Assembly: GCA_017620815.1 (NCBI GenBank)
Contig: JAGAUI010000037.1
Span: forward strand, 3,047-67,046
DNA length: 64,000 nt
Source: Flavobacteriales bacterium
GTDB taxonomy: Bacteria; Bacteroidota; Bacteroidia; Flavobacteriales; UBA1820
Reading direction: 5' to 3'
Shown: piece by piece, positions 44,505 through 56,725 of the stretch
Layout of the letters: each line of letters begins with the position of its first letter
Numbering within the stretch: position 1 is the stretch's first letter
Notes under the pieces: generated by a model
Told to the model about the DNA's origin: nothing
What the model saw: the letters and a program-made list of their open reading frames with translations, nothing else
The model's database searches: none
Program-made: the position numbers and the translations under genes

Positions 44505-46703
44505 ATGAAACGATTTTTTATAATAGTAATGATGGCTGTATGCTTGTCATCGTGTAGCAGTAGCTATGACAGTCTTAATGCTCCTATAAAGGGCAAATGG
44601 ATAACAGCCTCCTCTTGCAGTCATAAGCCCAATACGTGGATTATGTATCGTCATACTCCTGTCATTTCATCCCTGCCCGATGAGATGATAGCCCGTATAG
44701 CGGTAGATAGTAAGTATTGGTTATGGATAAATGGAGAAATGGTGGTATTTGAAGGGGGGCTTAAACGTGGCCCTATGCCCGAAGGTACATATTATGATAC
44801 TATAGACATAGCTCCATATCTTAAAAAAGGAAAAAACACCATAGCTATACTTATGTGGTACTGGGGTAAAGATGGTTTCAGTCATAATAGCAGTGGACGT
44901 GCGGGATTATTATTTGATGCACAGAGCCAAAACGAAATCATATGCAGTGATACTACTTGGACGAGCAGTGTGTATGACGCATACAGCGATACCGATGCTC
45001 CACATCCTAACTATCGTCTGCCAGAGAGCAACATACGTTATGACGCACGTCTAGGTATAAATGACTGGTATAAAGAAGAGAGTGATATCTCCCTGCCACA
45101 GGCGATAGAGCTAGATAGTATCCCCTATGGTACACTCGTGGCACGTCCTATCCCTATGTGGAAGGACTATGGTCTTAAAGAATATGTAGATACTATGCGT
45201 TGTGGAGATACGCTTAAATGTCGTCTGCCATATAACTGCCATGTAACACCATACATACAGCTATCTAGTGTAGATGGAGGAGATACTGTGCGTATAATGA
45301 CCGACAACTATAATGGCGGTAGTGAGAAAAACGTTCGCGGGGAATACATCACTACTAGTGGTGTACAGGAATATGAGAATCTAGGTTGGATGAATGGACA
45401 TTATGTATGGTATATTATCCCAGATGACGTAAAAGTGATGAGTGTAAAATATCGTGAGACGGGTTATGACACCGAATTTGTAGGGGCGTTTACATGTGAT
45501 GACCCATTCCTTAACGAAGTGTGGAAACGTTCTGCTCGTACACTATATGTTACCATGCGTGATACATATATGGACTGCCCCGACCGCGAACGTGCACAGT
45601 GGTGGGGTGATGCTGTAAACGAATTGGGAGAGGCGTTTTATGCTTTGTCTCCATCGTCTCAATTACTGGCTAAAAAGGGTATATATGAGCTGATGAACTA
45701 TCAACGAGAAAATGGTACTATATACTCTCCTGTGCCATCTGGCAGTTGGAATACAGAATTACCATTGCAGATGTTGGCATCGGTGGGATGGTATGGTTTT
45801 TATACGCAGTATTATTATAGTGGAGATAGCAGTTTTGTAGCTGATATTTATCCTCGTTTGCATCGTTATTTACATGATGTATGGCAGGTAGATGAAAAAG
45901 GTATGACCATATTGCGTAAAGGCGAATGGAACTGGGGAGATTGGGGAGAGGATATAGACATGGGAGTACTTACCTCTTGCTGGTATTATCTAGCTCTTAA
46001 GGCCGAAAAAGAATTTGCACGTATGGTAGGCAGAAATGAGGATATCCCACAGATAGATACTCTAATGAAGGGTATAGAAAAGGGATTTGATGAGGCGTTC
46101 TGGAATGGAAGGGTGTACCGCTCAAAAGAACACATAGGTGCCGATGATGACCGTGCACAGGCAATGGCCGTAGTATCTGGTCTAGCCAATAAAGAGTACT
46201 ATCCACACATAATAGAGGCTCTTAAAAAAGAGTATCACGCTAGTCCATACATGGAAAAATATGTACTGGAAGCTCTCTATATGCTAGGCGAAGACACATT
46301 TGCTCTTCAACGCATACACGACCGCTATGCCAAGATGTTGGCTTATGAAGATTATACCACACTTTTTGAAGGATGGGGTATAGGAGCCGAAGGATTTGGC
46401 GGAGGAACCATAAATCACGCTTGGAGTGGAGGCCCTCTTACTATGATGAGTCAGAAAGTGTGTGGAATAACGCCTACATCACCAGCATTTAAGACTTTCT
46501 GTGTAAAACCACAGATGGGTTATCTCACTCATGCTAGTGCTACTATGATGGTATCTGGTGGAGGAGTAATAAATGTAGATGTAAAAGTAGAAGGAGAAAA
46601 GACCATAGTGGAAGTAGATGTCCCCAAAGGACACAGTGCAGAAGTAATCCTGCCTTGTGGTAAGAGCGTATCATTAGGCGAAGGACACCATGTGGTAGAG
46701 TAA
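44505..46703 (+). CDS. Alpha-L-rhamnosidase (GH78 family)
   Basis: 732 aa lipoprotein (LSSCSS). Carries the GH78 hallmark motif MDCPDRERAQWWGDA. Confidence 0.75.
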   Translation: MKRFFIIVMMAVCLSSCSSSYDSLNAPIKGKWITASSCSHKPNTWIMYRHTPVISSLPDEMIARIAVDSKYWLWINGEMVVFEGGLKRGPMPEGTYYDTIDIAPYLKKGKNTIAILMWYWGKDGFSHNSSGRAGLLFDAQSQNEIICSDTTWTSSVYDAYSDTDAPHPNYRLPESNIRYDARLGINDWYKEESDISLPQAIELDSIPYGTLVARPIPMWKDYGLKEYVDTMRCGDTLKCRLPYNCHVTPYIQLSSVDGGDTVRIMTDNYNGGSEKNVRGEYITTSGVQEYENLGWMNGHYVWYIIPDDVKVMSVKYRETGYDTEFVGAFTCDDPFLNEVWKRSARTLYVTMRDTYMDCPDRERAQWWGDAVNELGEAFYALSPSSQLLAKKGIYELMNYQRENGTIYSPVPSGSWNTELPLQMLASVGWYGFYTQYYYSGDSSFVADIYPRLHRYLHDVWQVDEKGMTILRKGEWNWGDWGEDIDMGVLTSCWYYLALKAEKEFARMVGRNEDIPQIDTLMKGIEKGFDEAFWNGRVYRSKEHIGADDDRAQAMAVVSGLANKEYYPHIIEALKKEYHASPYMEKYVLEALYMLGEDTFALQRIHDRYAKMLAYEDYTTLFEGWGIGAEGFGGGTINHAWSGGPLTMMSQKVCGITPTSPAFKTFCVKPQMGYLTHASATMMVSGGGVINVDVKVEGEKTIVEVDVPKGHSAEVILPCGKSVSLGEGHHVVE

Positions 46704-46716
46704 ATATCTGATTACT

Positions 46717-46767
46717 AGTCATACTGAAAAGCCGCACCCTGAAAGGGTGCGGCTTTTCAGTATGACT
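46717..46767. terminator. Bidirectional terminator between the convergent GH78 and GH3 genes
   Basis: 24-bp perfect stem agtcatactgaaaagccgcaccct/agggtgcggcttttcagtatgact with loop gaa. Confidence 0.85.
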
Positions 46768-46791
46768 CCTATGTTATAGTTGAAAAGGATG

Positions 46792-49137
46792 CTAATCTAT
46801 ATTTGGAGTGTCCCATACTACGGTTTTATCACAGTGAACCGTAACTACTTGGTCGGCTATCTGGATACGGAAATCACCTTTTTCTAGAGTCCATTTTTTA
46901 TCATAGTTTACAAATGCAAGGTCTCTGGCAGGCACCGCCAATTTCACTATTTTACTTTCACCTGCCTGTAATTCTATCTTTTCAAATGCTCTTAGCCTTC
47001 TAGAATCTGGCACTAGGCTGGCAATTATATCACTGGAATATAGTAGTACTGCTTCCTTACCAGCAACATTGCCGGTATTGGTAACTTTTACCTCAAATTC
47101 TAGTATATCATCGGCATTGAAGTTTTCTTTATTGACCTTAATGTCGCTATACTTAAAAGTAGTATAACTTAACCCATAACCAAATGGCCATAAGACATCT
47201 ATGCGGGCGTCATAGTTGTACACGCCTTCCATCGTTGCCGATACTTCAGATACTTTATAGTCATAAGTAGATAGCATATTGATGTATTTTGAGTAGGTGT
47301 AGGGTAGTTTCCCGCTGAAGTTCTCACGACCAGATATAAGGGCAGCAAGAGCGTCCCCACCGTAGTTCCCTGGAAGAAGGATATTTACCACAGCATCGGC
47401 TATGGGTTCTATGTCGTTGATGATGCGAGGACGACCTCCGTTTAATATGAGGATGATAGGTTTCCCTGTCTTTGATAGGGCTTTAATCAAACTCTTCTGG
47501 CCTTGAGATAGATTTATGTCTTCTACATTTCCGGGAGTCTCACAGTAGCTGTTTTCTCCCACACAGGCTATTATGACATCATAGTTTTTGGCAGCTCCTA
47601 CAACTTTATTGATACTTTCATCACTGTATTTTTCTCCTTCCCAGTTCTGGTTATCGGGCAGATAAGACACACCGGGGATATATTTTACATTTGATACGCC
47701 ATATTCGTTTGAAAGGGCTTCATATATGGTGTTAAAGTGTTGTGTGTATTCATTTGCCTTGTCCCCTTGCCAAGTATATGACCAACCACCGTTGAGAACT
47801 CGCATGTTGTCGGCATTAGGGCCAGTTACTAGAATCTTTGTGCCTTTTTTAAGAGGAAGAAGGTTATTTTCGTTTTTAAGCAGTACTTGAGATTCTACAG
47901 CTGCTTGGTATGATTTCTGGGCAAATTCTTCACTGCCATATTTTTCATATTTACTCAAATCCCACGAAGGATTATCAAAAAGGCCTAAACGGAATTTAAG
48001 TCTCAATACGCGGCGTACGGCATCGTCAATACGGGAAAGTGGCACAGCACCTTCGTTTACCAGTTCTACCAGATAGTTACAGAACTGCCAGTCGTTGGGA
48101 ATCATGGACATATCTATGCCTGCGTTTACAGCTATGCGTACAGCGTCTTTGCGGCTGGAGGCTATGCGTTCGCGGGTGTAAAGGTTGTCTATATCTGCCC
48201 AGTCTGTTACTATCATTCCATCCCAGTTGAGTTCTTCTTTAAGCCATACGGTGAGTAGTTCATAGTTTGCGTGGAAAGGCATACCTATATTGCTACTGGA
48301 GTTCACCATAAGTGATAAAGCTCCTGCTTGAATACACTCCTTGAATGGTTCAAAATAGCGTTCACGCATATCTATCTCTCCTACCGAAGAAGGTGTTCTA
48401 TCTCTCCCAGAGACGGGGACACCATATGCCATGTAGTGCTTTATACAAGCAGCCATATGGTAAGGGTCTATGTCATTTGGGTTGTTGCCTTGAAGACCTA
48501 GGGTGTGAGCTACCCCCATTTGAGACTGTAGATACTCACTCTCGCCATAGCTCTCCCATAGTCTGGGCCATCTAGGGTCGCGTCCCAAATCCAGTGTAGG
48601 GCAAAATGTCCAAGGGACAAGTGCAGCACGAGATTCATAAGCCGTTACTTCACCCATATTAAAGGCGTGCTTTTTATCAAACGTAGCTGCTATATTGATT
48701 TCTTGGGGGAAGAGAGTGGCATCGGCTATGTATGAGGCTCCATGTATCTGGTCAAGCCCATAAAGACAGGGTATGCCTATATCCTTCATGGATTTTTCCT
48801 GAAGCTCATTTATCATACTAGCAGTGAGGTCTCGATTCTGTGCTTGGGCACTTATAACGTTGAGGATAGAGCCCACCTTGTATTTGGAGATGACAGAATC
48901 CAGCATGTCTTCTTTCCATTGAGGATTTCCGTTTTCGTCTTCACCTTGAATGGCGGTGATGGTTATCTGTGCCATCTGTCCTACCTTCTCCTCTAGGGTC
49001 ATTCCAGATAGAATTTTATCTATCTTTCTTTCCATCTCACTATCTGGGGTGATAGCGGGGGCTGCTTTCTCTTCTTTGCAAGCCACAAAGACTAATGCTG
49101 CACATAAACATACAGCAGAAAATAGACGTATTTTCAT
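46792..49137 (-). CDS. GH3 beta-glucosidase/beta-hexosidase (BglX-like)
   Basis: 781 aa with a signal peptide. GH3 motifs KHYMAYG and GMIVTDW (nucleophile Asp context), plus a C-terminal Fn3-like domain. Confidence 0.88.
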   Translation of the reverse strand: MKIRLFSAVCLCAALVFVACKEEKAAPAITPDSEMERKIDKILSGMTLEEKVGQMAQITITAIQGEDENGNPQWKEDMLDSVISKYKVGSILNVISAQAQNRDLTASMINELQEKSMKDIGIPCLYGLDQIHGASYIADATLFPQEINIAATFDKKHAFNMGEVTAYESRAALVPWTFCPTLDLGRDPRWPRLWESYGESEYLQSQMGVAHTLGLQGNNPNDIDPYHMAACIKHYMAYGVPVSGRDRTPSSVGEIDMRERYFEPFKECIQAGALSLMVNSSSNIGMPFHANYELLTVWLKEELNWDGMIVTDWADIDNLYTRERIASSRKDAVRIAVNAGIDMSMIPNDWQFCNYLVELVNEGAVPLSRIDDAVRRVLRLKFRLGLFDNPSWDLSKYEKYGSEEFAQKSYQAAVESQVLLKNENNLLPLKKGTKILVTGPNADNMRVLNGGWSYTWQGDKANEYTQHFNTIYEALSNEYGVSNVKYIPGVSYLPDNQNWEGEKYSDESINKVVGAAKNYDVIIACVGENSYCETPGNVEDINLSQGQKSLIKALSKTGKPIILILNGGRPRIINDIEPIADAVVNILLPGNYGGDALAALISGRENFSGKLPYTYSKYINMLSTYDYKVSEVSATMEGVYNYDARIDVLWPFGYGLSYTTFKYSDIKVNKENFNADDILEFEVKVTNTGNVAGKEAVLLYSSDIIASLVPDSRRLRAFEKIELQAGESKIVKLAVPARDLAFVNYDKKWTLEKGDFRIQIADQVVTVHCDKTVVWDTPNID

Positions 49138-49169
49138 ATTTGTCTTTTATGATTTAGAATAAATTTATA

Positions 49170-52310
<3,141 letters not shown>

Positions 52311-52315
52311 TTAAT

Positions 52316-53437
52316 CTATTGGACTTCAAATTTATATATACATGTGTGGGTGTAAGTCTCTCCCGGGTTGAGTAGAGTAGAAGGGAAATTCTCATGGTGT
52401 GGAGTATCTGGGAATTTCTGAGTCTCCAGAGCTATGGATTCGCGGAAACGCAATGGACGTTCATATTTTCCACATGTAGAACCATCAAAGAAATTTCCGC
52501 TGTAGAACTGCATACCTTCTTGGTCTGTATAGACAGATAGTTTTCTGCCAGATGCAGGTTCATAAACCGATGCAGCAAACTCTACTCCATCTCCCTTGCG
52601 GTCTATCACCCAGTTGTGGTCATAGCCTTTGCCATAACCCAGTTGTATGTCATCTGCTCCTATTCTCTCTCCTATGGTGTGAGGTGTACGGAAGTCAAAT
52701 GGTGTGCCTGTAACATCCATAATCTCTCCCGAAGGTATCAGTACTTCGTTTACAGGTGTTATCCCCGAAGCATTGATTACCATCACTAGGTCTTCTATGC
52801 TTCCGTTGCCTTCGCCTTTAAGGTTAAAGAAAGAGTGGTGGGAGATATTAACATGGGTGGATTTGTCTGTGCTGGCAGTGTAATCTACTCTGAACTCGTT
52901 TTCGGGAGTAAGGGTATAGGTCATAGTGATGGATAGGTTGCCGGGCATACCGTCCTGTCCATCCTCTCGTAGATAGTACAGCACTATTGAATTTTCAGTT
53001 ACCTCTTTTACGTCCCATACTACCATGTCTAGACCTTTAAGACCTCCGTGGAGAGTCTGACCGTTGTTGTTCTGAGGGAAATTATAGACTTCTTCGCCTA
53101 TGGTGTATGTGCCTCCTGCTATTCTATTGGCATAAGGGCCTACCACAGCACCTAGAAAACGTTCTCCGGGGTTATTGACATAGTTGTCTATGTTGTTATA
53201 TCCTAGGACTATATCTTCATATTTCCCATTGCGGTCTGGTGTCCATAGAGCGACAACTCTCGCACCAAAATTGGTAACCTGCATAGTTATATCTCCCGAT
53301 GTGAGAGTGTATAGAGAGACATCTTTCCCCTCTACCGTAGTCTGGAAATCTTCCACAGGGAAGAGCACTGGGGCTTCTGTTTTATCACAGGCGGCCATCA
53401 TAGTACATGCTAATGCCATAATTGCTAATTTTTTCAT
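52316..53437 (-). CDS. galM: Aldose 1-epimerase (galactose mutarotase)
   Basis: 373 aa lipoprotein. Mutarotase motifs GPYANRI, LHGG and HHSFFNL. Confidence 0.88.
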   Translation of the reverse strand: MKKLAIMALACTMMAACDKTEAPVLFPVEDFQTTVEGKDVSLYTLTSGDITMQVTNFGARVVALWTPDRNGKYEDIVLGYNNIDNYVNNPGERFLGAVVGPYANRIAGGTYTIGEEVYNFPQNNNGQTLHGGLKGLDMVVWDVKEVTENSIVLYYLREDGQDGMPGNLSITMTYTLTPENEFRVDYTASTDKSTHVNISHHSFFNLKGEGNGSIEDLVMVINASGITPVNEVLIPSGEIMDVTGTPFDFRTPHTIGERIGADDIQLGYGKGYDHNWVIDRKGDGVEFAASVYEPASGRKLSVYTDQEGMQFYSGNFFDGSTCGKYERPLRFRESIALETQKFPDTPHHENFPSTLLNPGETYTHTCIYKFEVQ

Positions 53438-53464
53438 ATTTGTTTTCAGAATTAAAATCTATGG

Positions 53465-54619
53465 TTATAGTTCTAGTTTACGAGCACCATCTGAAATGAT
53501 GACATCATATACTTTGGGATAATGACCATATGAGGCATTGAATTTTTCTTTGGCAGTAGAGATAAATGTGTCATATAGCTCGCTTTTTACCAGATTGATA
53601 GTACAACCACCAAATCCTCCTCCCATAATGCGTGAGCCTGCCACGCCACATTCTCTAGCTATGGTAGCTAGCAGGTCTAGTTCTTCACAGCTCACCTCAT
53701 AGTCTTTGGACATTCCCCAGTGAGTCTCATACATGCGTTCGCCTACTGTTTCTAGGTCGCCAGCCTCCAGTGCGGCACATACGTCTAGCACTCGTTTTTC
53801 CTCACCTATGACATAGCGGGCACGCATATAGTCTTCTTCAGAAATCTGACCTTTGATAGCGTCTAGCTGTGTCATAGTGGCTCCGCGTAATGTCTCCTGT
53901 CCCAGTAGTGCAGATACACGTTCACAGGATTCGCGGCGTTTGTTATATGGAGAACCCACCAATTCGTGTTTTACTACCGAATCCAGTAGTACCAGGCGAT
54001 AACCATATTTCTCTGGGTCAAACGGGAAATAAGTGAATTCCATAGAACGGCAGTCAAGACGCATAAGATTTCCTTTCTTTCCAAATACCGATGCAAACTG
54101 GTCCATGATGCCACATTTTACTCCACAGTAGTTGTGTTCGGTAGATTGACCTATACGAGCTAGCTCAAATTTGTCTATCTTGTCATCATTGAATATATGG
54201 TTAAGAGCATAGGCATAGGTAGATTCCAGTGCCGCCGATGAAGACATACCTGCACCCAGTGGAACATCTCCAGCAAATGCCGTATCAAATCCTTTTACCA
54301 CACCACCGCGTTTAAGGATTTCACGAGCCACACCAAATATATAACAAGCCCACGAAGCCGATGGTTTGTCCTCTTCCTCTAGACCAAATTCTGCATAGTC
54401 TTTCAAGTCCACCGAATATGCACGTATCTTGTCTGTGCCATTGGGTTTGATTTCTGCTATCATGCTTTTATCTATGGCACCAGGAAATACAAATCCTCCG
54501 TTGTAGTCTGTATGTTCACCTATGAGGTTTATACGACCGGGTGAAGTGTACAACTCTCCCTCTGTGGCAAAATGACGGGAGAATTCCTCACGTATCTGTT
54601 TAATGTCTTTTGTGTCCAA
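53465..54619 (-). CDS. galK: Galactokinase
   Basis: 384 aa. Galactokinase signature GRINLIGEHTDYNGG and the GHMP motif PLGAGMSSSAA. Confidence 0.95.
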   Translation of the reverse strand: MDTKDIKQIREEFSRHFATEGELYTSPGRINLIGEHTDYNGGFVFPGAIDKSMIAEIKPNGTDKIRAYSVDLKDYAEFGLEEEDKPSASWACYIFGVAREILKRGGVVKGFDTAFAGDVPLGAGMSSSAALESTYAYALNHIFNDDKIDKFELARIGQSTEHNYCGVKCGIMDQFASVFGKKGNLMRLDCRSMEFTYFPFDPEKYGYRLVLLDSVVKHELVGSPYNKRRESCERVSALLGQETLRGATMTQLDAIKGQISEEDYMRARYVIGEEKRVLDVCAALEAGDLETVGERMYETHWGMSKDYEVSCEELDLLATIARECGVAGSRIMGGGFGGCTINLVKSELYDTFISTAKEKFNASYGHYPKVYDVIISDGARKLEL

Positions 54620-54671
54620 TGTCTTATATGTTTATGAGTTTATATGTCTATGTGAGATGTATTAGAGATGG

Positions 54672-56498
54672 TTATTTTTCTTTCTGTCCTTCTTCTGGAA
54701 GAGCCATCTGGAATATCTTGCGTACGCGTTCCATATCATATTTCACGCCACGGTCAAAATAGTAAACACCATTCTGTTCCTGTTCCACGTCTGTGAGTTG
54801 TGTGTAGCAGAAACCACATATCTTGTCGCTATGGTCGATGATGGCTTTCACTTGTGATTCCAGACGTTTATAGAAATCTTCCTTGGTGATAGCTGCATCT
54901 CCATATCCCCAAGAGTCGCCTTTGGAAGGGTTGGCTTCGGCACATTTAATGCCTCCAAATTCGTCTATGATGTATGGGACTTTACCGTCATAGTATAGAT
55001 GTGTAAGGGTGTTTTTATGTACTTTGCCGGGCATCTGTGGCTGGTAGAATTTCTTGCCGTCATAGAGCATGGTGTGTAGTTTGGCAGCGTCCTGCTGATA
55101 ACTGTGTGTGGTGCAGAAATCTGATATCACATATAGACCTCCGCTTATGGTATTTACAGGGCGTGAAGGGTCTAGTTTGCGGGTTAATTCATATACATCT
55201 GTAAAGAAACGTCCCATTTCGTTGCTGGTATCTGCCCATTCTTCGTTGAATGGCGTCCAGGTGACCAGAGCAGGGTGGTTGCGGTCTCTTACCACGATAT
55301 TGGTCCATTCAGATATAAAGTTACGGGCAGCTGCTACTGCACTGGAATTCTTACCCCATGAGGCCATCTCTCCCCATACTAGGTAGCCTAGTTTGTCTGC
55401 CCAATAGTAGAAACGCTCTTCAAATACCTTCTGGTGTAGGCGAGCTCCATTAAATCCAGCAGCCATAGACATCTCTATGTCTTTTTTCAATGCTTGGTCT
55501 GAAGGTGCTGTCCATACGCCATCGGGATAGAAACCTTGGTCTAGGACTAGGCGTTGGTAGTATGGTTTATTGTTCAGGTAAATCTTGGTGCCGTCTATGT
55601 GGATTTTACGCATACCTACATAGGCGTCTATTTTATCTAGGACTTCTCCCGATGTATTTTTTACTTCATACACCACATCATATAGAAATGGTGAAGATGG
55701 ACTCCATAGTTTAGGTTTTTTGATAGGTATTACAACAGGAATGCCCTGTGCAGCGACTACGTCTGTTTTGGCGACTACTTTGTTGCCGTCTTTTACACTT
55801 ATGATAAAGCGGTTGCCGTTTGATAGGTTATAGAATGTAGGGGTTACTATCAGTTTGTTTTGGTCTATGTCTGTGAATACCTGTACACGTTCTAGTCCGT
55901 ATTTATCTACGGCTTCCATCCATACTGTCTGCCATATACCAGTGGTACGTGTGTACATACAACCGTGCGAATAGAGTTTTTGTGATTGTTTACCAGCAGG
56001 AAGGTTTTCTGAACGTAGGTCGCTTTCTGCATGAACCACTAGGCTGTGTTTCTTTCCATCGGCAACAAAAGGTGTGATGTCAAATGAAAAAGAGTCTGAA
56101 CCGCCATAGTGACGTCCTACAAATTTTCCGTCTATGTAGATTTCAGATTCATAATACACTGCTCCGAAATTCAGTTTGATGTTCTTGCCTGTCCATTCAG
56201 CAGGGATTTGAATGTCGCGTTGGTACCATACGGCATTGATAAATTCTGTATGGGCAATGCCAGATAGTTTACTTTCGGGAGCAAAAGGTACGATGATTTT
56301 CCCGTCAAAGCCTTGACTGTTGATATATCCACGTTCATGACCTGTGTCTGCTAGGTCAAGAGTGAAACTCCACTCCCCGTTAAGGTTTATCCATGCATCA
56401 CGTTCAAATTGCGGACGAGGATATTCTGCTCGTGGTTGCTGTGCATACAATGTAGCAAAAGAGAGAAATACTGTGAAAATGAATAATGCTTTCTTCAT
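54672..56498 (-). CDS. GH2 family glycoside hydrolase (beta-galactosidase/beta-glucuronidase-like)
   Basis: 608 aa with a signal peptide. Sugar-binding, Ig-like and TIM-barrel domain order, with the segment WTPFNEEW. Confidence 0.8.
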   Translation of the reverse strand: MKKALFIFTVFLSFATLYAQQPRAEYPRPQFERDAWINLNGEWSFTLDLADTGHERGYINSQGFDGKIIVPFAPESKLSGIAHTEFINAVWYQRDIQIPAEWTGKNIKLNFGAVYYESEIYIDGKFVGRHYGGSDSFSFDITPFVADGKKHSLVVHAESDLRSENLPAGKQSQKLYSHGCMYTRTTGIWQTVWMEAVDKYGLERVQVFTDIDQNKLIVTPTFYNLSNGNRFIISVKDGNKVVAKTDVVAAQGIPVVIPIKKPKLWSPSSPFLYDVVYEVKNTSGEVLDKIDAYVGMRKIHIDGTKIYLNNKPYYQRLVLDQGFYPDGVWTAPSDQALKKDIEMSMAAGFNGARLHQKVFEERFYYWADKLGYLVWGEMASWGKNSSAVAAARNFISEWTNIVVRDRNHPALVTWTPFNEEWADTSNEMGRFFTDVYELTRKLDPSRPVNTISGGLYVISDFCTTHSYQQDAAKLHTMLYDGKKFYQPQMPGKVHKNTLTHLYYDGKVPYIIDEFGGIKCAEANPSKGDSWGYGDAAITKEDFYKRLESQVKAIIDHSDKICGFCYTQLTDVEQEQNGVYYFDRGVKYDMERVRKIFQMALPEEGQKEK

Positions 56499-56536
56499 GA
56501 TATTTTGTATATATATGTTTATAGTTTATCGTCTAG

Positions 56537-56544
56537 CAAACTTA
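56537..56544 (-). promoter_or_regulatory. -7 promoter box (TAAGTTTG) for the GH2-galK-galM-GH2-GH3 operon
   Basis: Matches TAnnTTTG on the minus strand, 39 nt upstream of the ATG at 56498. Confidence 0.45.
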
Positions 56545-56725
56545 CGATTTTTTGCTCTTAAAATGTATTACTTGTATAGAAATTTGATGGTCTTAATGGG
56601 GTGAGGGTGAGATAGAAAAAGGATGGAATAATTTTATCTAAAATATGTTCCTGAATTGCGTGCAAGAGCAAAATAATGTGTATCTTGCGAGTTAAAATAG
56701 ATAAGAATAAAATAGTGGTATATAT

